Assembly (NCBI GenBank): GCA_019057795.1 | Contig: JAHLWS010000082.1 | Coordinates: 125,716-189,715 of the forward strand | DNA length: 64,000 nucleotides | Direction: 5' to 3' | Source of the DNA: Promethearchaeota archaeon | GTDB lineage: Archaea > Asgardarchaeota > Lokiarchaeia > Sigyniarchaeales > SOKP01 | In this document: positions 10,685-19,835 of the stretch, piece after piece | Layout: each line of letters starts with the position of its first letter | Position numbering within the stretch: position 1 is the stretch's first letter | Translations under genes and position numbers: made by a program | The notes under the pieces: model-generated | What the model was told of the DNA's origin: nothing | Seen by the model: the letters and a program-made list of their open reading frames with translations, nothing else | Databases searched by the model: none

Positions 10685-11995
10685 ATGCCTACAGATAAAA
10701 AACATTTGAATTTAGTCATAATTGGGCACATAGATCACGGTAAGAGCACTTTGATGGGCGCCATGCTCATTAAAAGCGGTGCCATTTCAGATAGAGAGGC
10801 GCGGGAACTAGAGAAATTAGCAAAAGAATACGATAGAGAATCTTGGTCGTACGCTTATGTGTTTGACAGATTGAAAGAGGAAAGACAACGCGGTATTACC
10901 ATTGATTTAGCGTTTCGAAAGTTTGAAACAAAAACAAAATATTTTACCATAATTGACGCACCTGGACACGCAGATTTCGTAAAGAACATGATTACGGGCG
11001 CTTCTCAGGCGGACGCCGCCATCTTAGTAATTTCTGGAAAAAAAGGTGAAATGGAAGTTGGTATTGCCGCAAATGGCCAAACTCGAGAACACGCTTATTT
11101 AGCACAGACTTTAGGTGTTAAACAATTAGTCGTTGCTGTCAATAAAGCAGATGTCTACGATTATAGCGAAGAACGTTATAACGAAGTGAAAGATGCGGCC
11201 TCTGATCTTTTGAAAAGCATTGGTTTCCCCGTCAAGAAGATTCCATTCGTTCCAGTCTCGGGCATAAAAGCCGAGAATTTAACGGAAAAAACCGATAAGC
11301 TTTCTTGGTATGACGGTCCAACCTTACTTGAAGCAATCGACAACTTTGAAATACCTGAAAAACCTACTAACAAACCCTTGAGAATTCCTATCCAGGACGC
11401 TTATAATATTAAGGGTACAGGAGTCGTTCCTGTTGGAAGAGTAGAAACTGGCGTATTAAAGAAAAACGATAAAATTGTAATCATGCCAACGGGCTTTCAA
11501 GGCGAAATAAGAAGCATCGAGATGCATCACGAGGAAATTGATGTAGCAGAACCCGGTGATAATATCGGATTTAGCATTAGAGGTATTTCAATGGAAGATG
11601 TGGGGCGCGGCGATGTCATGGGTCATCCGAACAATGTTCCAACGGTAGTTACACCAAAAGGGAGCTGGACGGGACAGATTATTGTTATTTGGCATCCAAC
11701 CGTAATTGCTCAAGGATATACCCCTGTTGTTCACGCTCATACGGCTCAAGTAGCTGCTAAGTTCGTCGAACTGATTAAAAAGTTAGATCAGAAGACTGGT
11801 GCTGTGATCGAAGATAATCCGAAATTCCTTAAGAAAAACGAAGCCGCTATCGTCAAATTGCAACCGATTAAAAAGCTTTGTATTGAAAAATACGAAGAGT
11901 TCCCCGAACTTGGAAGGTTTGCGGTAAGAGATATGGGTAGAACGGCCTGCGTTGGGATTGTAAAAGACCTAGTGACAGGGGAAACAGAGGAATAA
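10685..11995 (+). CDS. tuf: Translation elongation factor EF-1alpha
   Basis: GHIDHGKST, RGITID, DAPGH, NKAD, LGRFAVRDMG. Confidence 0.98.
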   Translation: MPTDKKHLNLVIIGHIDHGKSTLMGAMLIKSGAISDREARELEKLAKEYDRESWSYAYVFDRLKEERQRGITIDLAFRKFETKTKYFTIIDAPGHADFVKNMITGASQADAAILVISGKKGEMEVGIAANGQTREHAYLAQTLGVKQLVVAVNKADVYDYSEERYNEVKDAASDLLKSIGFPVKKIPFVPVSGIKAENLTEKTDKLSWYDGPTLLEAIDNFEIPEKPTNKPLRIPIQDAYNIKGTGVVPVGRVETGVLKKNDKIVIMPTGFQGEIRSIEMHHEEIDVAEPGDNIGFSIRGISMEDVGRGDVMGHPNNVPTVVTPKGSWTGQIIVIWHPTVIAQGYTPVVHAHTAQVAAKFVELIKKLDQKTGAVIEDNPKFLKKNEAAIVKLQPIKKLCIEKYEEFPELGRFAVRDMGRTACVGIVKDLVTGETEE

Positions 11996-12003
11996 AGATT
12001 TAA

Positions 12004-12056
12004 CCTTTTTTTGATTTTTTATTTATATCTAATTTTATTTATTTTTTCATTTTTTC
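12004..12056 (+). terminator. T-rich archaeal terminator region after EF-1alpha
   Basis: Multiple oligo-T runs immediately after the stop codon. Confidence 0.45.
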
Positions 12057-12164
12057 TAATTAAACTGATTAAAAAAATTTCATATTATGTGAATATTATT
12101 TTCTTTTTTGAACAATTGCTTGCCTTTTCTAATTAAGGTAATTTTTGATTAGGAAGGGTTAATT

Positions 12165-12641
12165 TTGTTTTCTACAAAGAAAAAAATTTGTTTTATTGGA
12201 GAACAGAACGTTGGTAAATCATCACTGCTATCCTTATTACAGGGAAGGGAAGTCCAAAAAGAAAGAATTCCTACGGTGGGATTAGAAGTAGAAGACTCCA
12301 TTTTGAACGGTAAAAAGTGCTCAATATGGGATCTAGGCGGACAGAAAAGGTTTAAGTTCATGTGGCAGGATTTCTTGAAAGGTGCTGGTTTAGCAGTTAT
12401 AGTATGCGATTCAACCGAGAAAAATGTAAACCAAACTAAGGAGATTTATAATAGGTTTGAACGTACCTTAGGGACTAAAATTATTGCCATCGCGAATAAA
12501 CAAGACTTACCTGGTAGGTTAAGTGCTCAAGAAGTTCAGAAGAGGTTAGGAGGGTTAAAGACGTATGGAATGTCTGCTATTCGACCTGAATTGCGCGAAA
12601 GGATGAAAGAAATTTTAGAATACGAGATAGCTACTTTTTAA
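12165..12641 (+). CDS. Small GTPase, Arf/Ras superfamily
   Basis: G1 GEQNVGKS, G2 PTVG, G3 WDLGGQ, G4 NKQD, G5 SA. Confidence 0.9.
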   Translation: MFSTKKKICFIGEQNVGKSSLLSLLQGREVQKERIPTVGLEVEDSILNGKKCSIWDLGGQKRFKFMWQDFLKGAGLAVIVCDSTEKNVNQTKEIYNRFERTLGTKIIAIANKQDLPGRLSAQEVQKRLGGLKTYGMSAIRPELRERMKEILEYEIATF

Positions 12642-12661
12642 ATTATGTTCTACAGAAAGCT

Positions 12662-13222
12662 TTATAAGGCATTTCCTATTATGTGGGCTAGTCGAACTGG
12701 CTCAGGTATTTTTGAATCAATGCATATTTTTTTTAGCAAGGATTCTACCTCAGAAAATTGAATCCCTTTAGAATGAAAATAAATTTTGGAGATTCCACCT
12801 GCCGTTTCAACAGAAGTTTCATATAAATTACCGGCATTAACTATATTTTGAAGTTTTTCTTTATACCGGCTAGGAAAATTCTTAACAATCGCTTTTTTGA
12901 CAGCTTTAAGATCGACTTTTCTTTCGGTTATAGCTACGATTGGTTTGTTTATTCGCCTGTAAATTTCCTCTAAATCAATAATGTTAAATCCGCCAAAAGT
13001 AATTGTGTCAGTTAAAATGTATTGAATATGTTTTTCGTTTCGTTTAACGAGTTCGATCAAAACTTCTGTAGCGTCGCTTCCATCAATTGTTATTTCTTTT
13101 TTAACCATACTTACAATCCTAACACCTTGACAGACGATCCCTATTAAATCTGTAGTTTTAGAATGTGATTTGAGGTTAAATCTTGCATCGTCAAATCCAA
13201 TTGTTATTGGAAAATTCTTCAT
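12662..13222 (-). CDS. DUF99 family protein (endonuclease V-like fold)
   Basis: IGFDD, DGSDAT, ITFGGFNIID, IPEPVRLAHII. Confidence 0.88.
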   Translation of the reverse strand: MKNFPITIGFDDARFNLKSHSKTTDLIGIVCQGVRIVSMVKKEITIDGSDATEVLIELVKRNEKHIQYILTDTITFGGFNIIDLEEIYRRINKPIVAITERKVDLKAVKKAIVKNFPSRYKEKLQNIVNAGNLYETSVETAGGISKIYFHSKGIQFSEVESLLKKICIDSKIPEPVRLAHIIGNAL

Positions 13223-13224
13223 GC

Positions 13225-13677
13225 TTAATTCTCAGGTAAGAATTTTTTAATGTGATTTAAGAGCTTTGTGAACGCAATCTTGGCGCTTTCTATTTCGATA
13301 TGCCTTTCGTATAAATCTCCTGTAAGAGTATCTGCGAGGAAATTTATAATTTCCTTTATCGTCATTTTTTCAATAAACCAGATGTAAGCAATAATAGCTT
13401 CAACGGTGTCTGCGAGATCGTGAGCGTTTGCTCTGTTTTTCGAAAAACTTTTCATCTTTGCGTCTTTTAAAGCTTCTGCCAAAATTGTTTTGCTTACCTT
13501 CATACCCGTTCGAATAATTTTATTATTTTTGTTATTACGTGTTAAATACATGGATTTAGCAACCGAGTAAGTAAGATTAACAATACTATCTCCGATTTTA
13601 GCTAGCCCTTTATCAGTTCCTATGGATCTTTGGGTAAGATTAAGGTTTAAATCTTTTAATAAAAAATTATATGCCAT
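13225..13677 (-). CDS. Archaeal ribonuclease III-like protein
   Basis: DKGLAKIGDSIVNLTYS and ADTVEAIIAY RNase III-type motifs. Confidence 0.75.
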   Translation of the reverse strand: MAYNFLLKDLNLNLTQRSIGTDKGLAKIGDSIVNLTYSVAKSMYLTRNNKNNKIIRTGMKVSKTILAEALKDAKMKSFSKNRANAHDLADTVEAIIAYIWFIEKMTIKEIINFLADTLTGDLYERHIEIESAKIAFTKLLNHIKKFLPEN

Positions 13678-13736
13678 TAAGAATAGATGATCAGTAATTT
13701 CTTATAAACTTTTCATAAAACTGAAAAAAAGATTCA

Positions 13737-14243
13737 TTACATAAGTTTTTTAAATAATTTCTGGGTTTCAGCAACTTCATTTCTCAAAGCATCTATTCCT
13801 TTGAGAAAGATTTTTTTTAATTTGTATCCGTCTTCGAGTCTAATAAAAATTTGAGGTGGGGATAAGGCTATTTCCGTAATTTTATAAGCCGCAGCTATAA
13901 CCCCTTCGACCATTAACAAATGTTTTACAAGGATATTACAAAAACCATGCGATTGTCCTTCAAGGGTTAATGTATAATCGTTGTCGCCTGGACCACTTAC
14001 TATATTTAATTTTAATATTGTGTGCTCTGGTAGTTCTGGAGCTTGTTCTACTTCTTCTTCTTCTTCCGATTCAACTTTTTCAGTCTGTTCAGGTGTTTCA
14101 GCAAGAGGTGTCTCGTCCTTTTTCACAGATTCACTTGATACATCGGGGTAATGGCTATCTATATCTTCCTTGTCAAATATATCTTCTTCCTCGTCTTCAA
14201 GCTTGCTATCTTCTTCCTTTGGTCCAACTTTTTTTTTTGCCAC
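13737..14243 (-). CDS. rpoL: RNA polymerase subunit Rpo11/RpoL with acidic N-terminal extension
   Basis: C-terminal half LEGQSHGFCNIL...AAAYKI; csl4/DUF99 neighbourhood. Confidence 0.75.
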   Translation of the reverse strand: MAKKKVGPKEEDSKLEDEEEDIFDKEDIDSHYPDVSSESVKKDETPLAETPEQTEKVESEEEEEVEQAPELPEHTILKLNIVSGPGDNDYTLTLEGQSHGFCNILVKHLLMVEGVIAAAYKITEIALSPPQIFIRLEDGYKLKKIFLKGIDALRNEVAETQKLFKKLM

Positions 14244-14334
14244 TATATTCTACCAAAATCTGTGAATCTAATTTCTCTAATATAGAATTAAATAAATGTT
14301 TTTTGGTTAATTTTAAAAAAAGGGTTGACTCAAA

Positions 14335-14736
14335 TTAAGGCCACCATTCAGAAGACGGCGTATGAGGAAAATCTTCGCCGTACCATAATTCTCCTTCTTT
14401 TGCCTTTCTTTCGTAAAACCTGTGGTACTTCTCGTAACATTTAACGCAAAACCACTCCTTCATATGGGAATTAAAGGTCATGTCGCAGGTTCGGGAGCCG
14501 CACAAGACACATACGCAAATGGAGCTATCCCACGCGTATGCTAACTTGCTCTGCTTATCCGATAATTCCCAAACACGCTTCCCGTCCGCTTCGCTTTCTG
14601 TAGGCCTTAAACCTTTTCCTTCGTCCAATAACTTTCTCGTCTCAACGCGCTTAGCTGTAGAAATTACTTCTCTCAAGGCGTTTCGAAACCTTACCAGTTG
14701 AGGGTGCCGGACGGAAATCGTTCTTTTTTTTCTCAT
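14335..14736 (-). CDS. Hypothetical protein with CxxC zinc-finger motifs
   Basis: CVLC...CVKC; likely start MRKKRT at 14736 rather than track start 14847. Confidence 0.5.
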   Translation of the reverse strand: MRKKRTISVRHPQLVRFRNALREVISTAKRVETRKLLDEGKGLRPTESEADGKRVWELSDKQSKLAYAWDSSICVCVLCGSRTCDMTFNSHMKEWFCVKCYEKYHRFYERKAKEGELWYGEDFPHTPSSEWWP

Positions 14737-14849
14737 CGTTATCCTTACCAAGTAAACTTTCCTATTTAAATCAAACGCCCGCGCTAATTTTTTAAAAATA
14801 AAAATTAAAAGAATTGTATTCCGATAAAAGACTAAAAAGATAAGCAATT

Positions 14850-15071
14850 TTATAAATATCGATTAGCTAACTCTTTTAATCTTTCAGTTGCTAAATATTG
14901 GAGATCTTTAGGGCCAAACAACGAGATTTTTATTGAATTTCCTTCAACTTTACAGTTTAAGGTAAGATAATTTATTTTTTTTTGAACTTCTTCAAGAAAT
15001 TTAATAGTGTTATTTAACTCCCCATTTGAGTTATAAAAGTGTATTACTTTTCTTCCACCACGGCTACCCAA
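14850..15071 (-). CDS. Small conserved archaeal protein (DUF2067-like)
   Basis: Size, position after csl4, VEGNSIKISLFG pattern. Confidence 0.5.
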   Translation of the reverse strand: MGSRGGRKVIHFYNSNGELNNTIKFLEEVQKKINYLTLNCKVEGNSIKISLFGPKDLQYLATERLKELANRYL

Positions 15072-15100
15072 GAATAAAACCTTTAAAAAATAGTTCTTTT

Positions 15101-15697
15101 TTAATATCTTAAGTTTTCGGTTACATTTCCGTAATCGTCTGCTAATTTTCTGCTTTCAAGATTTCCACATCTGGGACATCTTAATCTATCTAACCCTATC
15201 TTCTTAAGAGTTGTTCCACATATTAAGCAATCAGCATGAATAACTCCAAAATTTCTTCCAGAGGTGCTTAATTTATATTCGTTATAATTCTGTTCAATTA
15301 CTTTTGCTCGAATAATATCGGTAGTTTGAAAAGCATCTGAGATCCTCTCAATGTATTTTTTAGATATCTGAGAAACATGAATATTTCCAAAATAAGAGCT
15401 ATTAAAATGAATTTTTCCATTGATTGTATGAAAATTAAGGCCCACAGAATACTGTCTTAAAAACAGGGCTGTGCCGATTACCCGATCGCCAATCTCTACT
15501 GTTTTTCGATTTTCTTCTTGATGGCCCCTTACTTCTATTAATCTTTTGTTCGTATCAATATTGATTATTCCAGTTTTAGTTGCAATAATTTGACCCTCTT
15601 TTACATAAGTAGACTGTTTATCGGGTAGAAATTCTTCTACAACACCTAAATATTGACCCGTAAGAACGATTTCTTTATTTTTCGCTGATTCTTTCAT
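15101..15697 (-). CDS. csl4: Exosome complex RNA-binding protein Csl4
   Basis: GQYLGVVEEF, S1 domain IHVSQI, DIIRAKV, Zn ribbon CLICG..CPRCGNLESRKLA. Confidence 0.92.
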   Translation of the reverse strand: MKESAKNKEIVLTGQYLGVVEEFLPDKQSTYVKEGQIIATKTGIINIDTNKRLIEVRGHQEENRKTVEIGDRVIGTALFLRQYSVGLNFHTINGKIHFNSSYFGNIHVSQISKKYIERISDAFQTTDIIRAKVIEQNYNEYKLSTSGRNFGVIHADCLICGTTLKKIGLDRLRCPRCGNLESRKLADDYGNVTENLRY

Positions 15698-15783
15698 AAT
15701 TTTAACAAAAATCTTTTAATTTCCCTATTAAATTATAATTAATTAACACAATTAAGTTTTTTCATAATTTTTCATAAACAGAT

Positions 15784-16422
15784 ATGAGAAAAAAAGATTT
15801 AATTTCGTTAATTCAAAAAACAGAAGTATTTTCTAATCCCAAAATCGAGTTAGAGCAATATTGCACTGATGCGAATAGTGCGGTAGACATCATATATTTT
15901 GCAGGAGTTGAATTTAACGACATAAAAAACCGATTAATAATCGATCTTGGCGCAGGAACTGGCAGACTATCGATCTCTTGCGCGTACCTTCAAGCTAAGT
16001 ATGTTTTAAGCATTGATATAGATTTTGACGCGATAAAGGTTTTAAAAGGAAATGTTAAAGATTTGAACCTTGAAGCTGTAATTTTACCTATGTGCGCTGA
16101 CATTAATAGGTTTGAAATCTCAGCGCATTTATATCCTAAAGAGTTAAATATCACGACAATTATGAACCCGCCTTTTGGAGTGCAAAAAAAAACCGCTGAT
16201 AGATTTTTTTTACAAAAAGCCTTTTCTTTCTCGGATGTAGTTTATTCGATTCATTTAGCCAATGAAAAAGTTCATAATTTTATATCTAAATTTGTAAGCT
16301 CAAAAAACTGGAGTATTAATTACGTATTACCTTTTAATTTAGTTTTAGAAAGGTCTTTTCCGTTCCATACAAAAAAGACAAAAAAAGTTGCTGTAAATGT
16401 TTATAGATTTATTAAAAATTAA
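15784..16422 (+). CDS. METTL5-family RNA methyltransferase
   Basis: PKIELEQY, DLGAGTG, MNPPFG, VYSIH. Confidence 0.9.
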   Translation: MRKKDLISLIQKTEVFSNPKIELEQYCTDANSAVDIIYFAGVEFNDIKNRLIIDLGAGTGRLSISCAYLQAKYVLSIDIDFDAIKVLKGNVKDLNLEAVILPMCADINRFEISAHLYPKELNITTIMNPPFGVQKKTADRFFLQKAFSFSDVVYSIHLANEKVHNFISKFVSSKNWSINYVLPFNLVLERSFPFHTKKTKKVAVNVYRFIKN

Positions 16423-16438
16423 AAAAAAATAGACTTAA

Positions 16439-17743
16439 TTATTGAAATTTTTTCCAAGAATCTAATTGTTTAGGATAATTAGCATTTGCCCCTAAGAATT
16501 CTTCAATTCTTAACAACTGGTTATATTTACAATTTCGATCAGATCTTGCCGTTGCGCCCGTTTTTAATTGTCCTGTACAAAGTCCAACTGCTAAATCTGC
16601 TATGAAGGGATCTTCAGTTTCGCCCGAACGATGGGATACCATAACATTAAATCCATTTTTGAAGGACATTTTTGCAGCATTTATTGCCTCAGTCAGCGAA
16701 CCTATTTGATTTACTTTTAATAACAACGCATTTCCCGCTTTTTCTTTAATTGCCCTTTCAAGTATTTTTATATTAGTAACTGTAAGGTCATCATCTACAA
16801 TTTGTATTGATTTATCGACTTTAGCAGTTAAATTGGCAAAACCACTAAACGCTTTTTCGTCAAATGGATCCTCTATTGACTTAAATGGATAATCTTTAAT
16901 TAAATCAAGATAATACTGTAACAATTCCCCTTCGGTTAACTTCTTACCGTCAATATTATATGTACCATCCTCAAAAAATTCACTCGCAGCCGCATCCATT
17001 CCTAGGAAAAAATCAGTTCCCATTAAAAAGCCCGCTTCCTCAATTGCTTCTATAATAATATCTACAGCATCTTTAGTTAAGGATAAGTTCGGGGCGAAGC
17101 CACCCTCATCACCCACATTAGTTGCTGAAGGCCCATATTTTTTGGCTAATAACTTCTTTAATGTTTGATACACCTCTGAGACGTTTTGGATTGCTTGAGC
17201 GAAATTTGGTGCTCCTAAGGGTAATATCATAAATTCTTGTATCGATAAATTATTGCCCGCATGTTCCCCCCCATTTATAATATTGCAGCATGGTAATGGT
17301 AATAAGAAATCTTTTCGAGTCTTATGATATGCTAATTCATGGAGATGAGCAAATAATGGTTTCTCAGATATAAGCGCAGCTAACTTTGCAACAGCTAAAG
17401 ACACTGAAAGTATTGCATTGGCACCCAAGTTGCTTTTGTTTTCAGTGCCATCAATTGAAAGCATTTCTTTATCTAACTTTTCTTGTTCCCTCACATCAAA
17501 TCCGTTTAATTTTTTCCCTAAAATATCGTTAACATTTGATACTGCTTTAGTTACATGTTTACCTAAGAAAGCAACTCCTCCATCTCTCAATTCAAGAGCC
17601 TCTAAAACACCTGTTGATGCGCCTGAAGGAACAGCCGCTCTTGCATAAATCTTACCTACATAAACATCGGTTTCAACTGTCGGATTTCCACGCGAATCTA
17701 AAATCCAACGAGACTTAATTTCTGTAATTTTAAAGTCAGTCAT
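16439..17743 (-). CDS. eno: Enolase
   Basis: DSRGNPTVE, PSGASTG, GDEGGFAP, SHRSGETED, KYNQLLRIEE. Confidence 0.98.
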   Translation of the reverse strand: MTDFKITEIKSRWILDSRGNPTVETDVYVGKIYARAAVPSGASTGVLEALELRDGGVAFLGKHVTKAVSNVNDILGKKLNGFDVREQEKLDKEMLSIDGTENKSNLGANAILSVSLAVAKLAALISEKPLFAHLHELAYHKTRKDFLLPLPCCNIINGGEHAGNNLSIQEFMILPLGAPNFAQAIQNVSEVYQTLKKLLAKKYGPSATNVGDEGGFAPNLSLTKDAVDIIIEAIEEAGFLMGTDFFLGMDAAASEFFEDGTYNIDGKKLTEGELLQYYLDLIKDYPFKSIEDPFDEKAFSGFANLTAKVDKSIQIVDDDLTVTNIKILERAIKEKAGNALLLKVNQIGSLTEAINAAKMSFKNGFNVMVSHRSGETEDPFIADLAVGLCTGQLKTGATARSDRNCKYNQLLRIEEFLGANANYPKQLDSWKKFQ

Positions 17744-17861
17744 TCTAAAAATTCCTATTCTGTTTATTAAAGTTCTGTAATAATAATAAATAAAGAAACT
17801 TTAATTCTTAATAATATTTTTTTATATATTATTATAAGCTTTATTAGAATTTAGTGTTTAA

Positions 17862-18833
17862 ATGTCAACAGATAACAGACCTTGGGTAGAAAAGTATAGA
17901 CCTCGCCTTTTAGGTGATGTCGTTAATCAAAAGGGAATTATAAAGCGTTTACAACAATTTATTAAGGATAAATCGATGCCCCACCTTATATTTGCTGGTC
18001 CAGCAGGTACTGGGAAAACAACTTCTGCTCTAGCAATGGTTAGGGGACTGTATGGTAGAAAAATGGCGATTAATACTACTTTTTTGGAATTAAATGCAAG
18101 CGATGCAAGAGGTATTAATGTTATCAGAACTTACATTAAGGATTTTGCAAAAGCAAAACCTCCGTCTGACATACCGTTCAAAATTTTAATCTTAGACGAG
18201 GCGGACAATATGACGGCGCCTGCTCAGCAAGCACTAAGGAGAACAATGGAAAAATACACAAAAAATTGTAGGATGGTTTTAATTTGTAACTATTCTAATA
18301 AAATTATCCCCCCAATCCAATCTAGATGCGTTGTTTTTAGATTTTCCTCTTTGAATAATGAGGACATTAAAGAGAGAATAAAATATATCGCTAATCAAGA
18401 ACAAATGAGCCTAACACCAGATGGGTTAATTGCTTTAGTAGATGTATCGAAGGGAGACTGTCGTCGAGCTATAAATTACTTGCAATCTTGCGGTACAATT
18501 TCAAAAAAAATCGATCAAGATATAGTTTTTCGTGTTGCTGGCGAAGTACCATCAGATAAAATAAGAGAAATTTTAAAAACTGCTATTGAAGGGCAATTAC
18601 AATTTTCCTTGAAATTACTTAACGATATCATAAGAGAATACGGTTTGTCGGGCATCAATATTATTAAAAATATACATCGAGAGATTTATGACTTACAAAT
18701 TTCAGAAAACCTGAAAATTGAGCTTTCTAAACTCTTAGCTGAATCGGAATACCGATTAAGCCAAGGAGGTACGGAAGAGATTCAATTACAAGCGTTATTA
18801 GCCAATATTGTTATGTTGCATGAAATTAAATAA
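17862..18833 (+). CDS. rfcS: Replication factor C small subunit
   Basis: PWVEKYRP, GPAGTGKT, ELNASD, LDEAD, SRC motif. Confidence 0.97.
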   Translation: MSTDNRPWVEKYRPRLLGDVVNQKGIIKRLQQFIKDKSMPHLIFAGPAGTGKTTSALAMVRGLYGRKMAINTTFLELNASDARGINVIRTYIKDFAKAKPPSDIPFKILILDEADNMTAPAQQALRRTMEKYTKNCRMVLICNYSNKIIPPIQSRCVVFRFSSLNNEDIKERIKYIANQEQMSLTPDGLIALVDVSKGDCRRAINYLQSCGTISKKIDQDIVFRVAGEVPSDKIREILKTAIEGQLQFSLKLLNDIIREYGLSGINIIKNIHREIYDLQISENLKIELSKLLAESEYRLSQGGTEEIQLQALLANIVMLHEIK

Positions 18834-19658
18834 TTTTTTTTTTAAAGCGAATTTTTGCTCTTGCTCTCTAAAATATTTATCCCTTCTCTCTTCTGATTTA
18901 TTATCGATTACGAAACTTACATTATTACCATAGTTGATATCCCACAAGATCAATCCAAAAGGATCAGCAGGTTGATAAGAGATATCTTTGGATGGGTCAA
19001 ATAAATCAATAAATTCTTCATAACTGATTTTACCAAAGCCTACTTCTAAAATCTTAGCTACCATTCGTCTTATTTGTTGCCTTAGAAAAGCTCTGCTTTT
19101 AAAATCGAACATAATAAAATTCCCTTCTATATTAATTGAGGTCGTAATCATATCTCTAATGTATTTTACTTTTTCTTTTCCTGGCTTAGAAAAATTTTTA
19201 AAGTTATGTCGTCCCTCTAGAGCCTTACATACCTTTTTCATCGCCTTAAAATTAACTATGGAGTCATCTTTAAGGATGGCTTTTGGATATGGCATAATAT
19301 ATTTGTAATGCCTAAACTGTGCGTTATATCTTGAATAAAAGTCTGTTGGAACTTTTGAATAAGCCCAGAGGCCAATATTTTTTGGCAAAGCAGAATTTAT
19401 CTCCATCAATATGGGTATTTTTTCAGTAATAAAAGAAAATGTTGATCCTCGAGCTGAAACTAACCTATCGGTTCTGCTTGCCACCTCGAAACCCGATTTC
19501 TTAGATTCATGTATATAATTCTTTTCTTGTAAAGCTGTTAGTAAGCAGTCTTCAATAGTTAAACAATTGGGTTGTCGTTGAGAACCGAAATATTCCTCCG
19601 CTCCTATGTAATAAAATTTAAAGAGATATCTTGTTTTTTCCATTCCTAATAATTTCAT
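18798..19658 (-). CDS. truA: tRNA pseudouridine(38-40) synthase
   Basis: GSQRQP, ASRTD, GRHNFKNFS, FLRQQIRRMV. Confidence 0.9.
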   Translation of the reverse strand: MKLLGMEKTRYLFKFYYIGAEEYFGSQRQPNCLTIEDCLLTALQEKNYIHESKKSGFEVASRTDRLVSARGSTFSFITEKIPILMEINSALPKNIGLWAYSKVPTDFYSRYNAQFRHYKYIMPYPKAILKDDSIVNFKAMKKVCKALEGRHNFKNFSKPGKEKVKYIRDMITTSINIEGNFIMFDFKSRAFLRQQIRRMVAKILEVGFGKISYEEFIDLFDPSKDISYQPADPFGLILWDINYGNNVSFVIDNKSEERRDKYFREQEQKFALKKKLFNFMQHNNIG

Positions 19659-19835
19659 CTTTAAAATTATATTAATTTTATGTATGAAATCGGAATTTTC
19701 AAATAAAATAAACTCATGTTATAATATTGAGATTAATTAATTTATCAAAAAATAATCTTTTAATGGAATTTAACATTTATATTTTTAAATTTCATATGAT
19801 AATTTCAGTATATTAAAAGCGTTTAGAAAGAGAAT

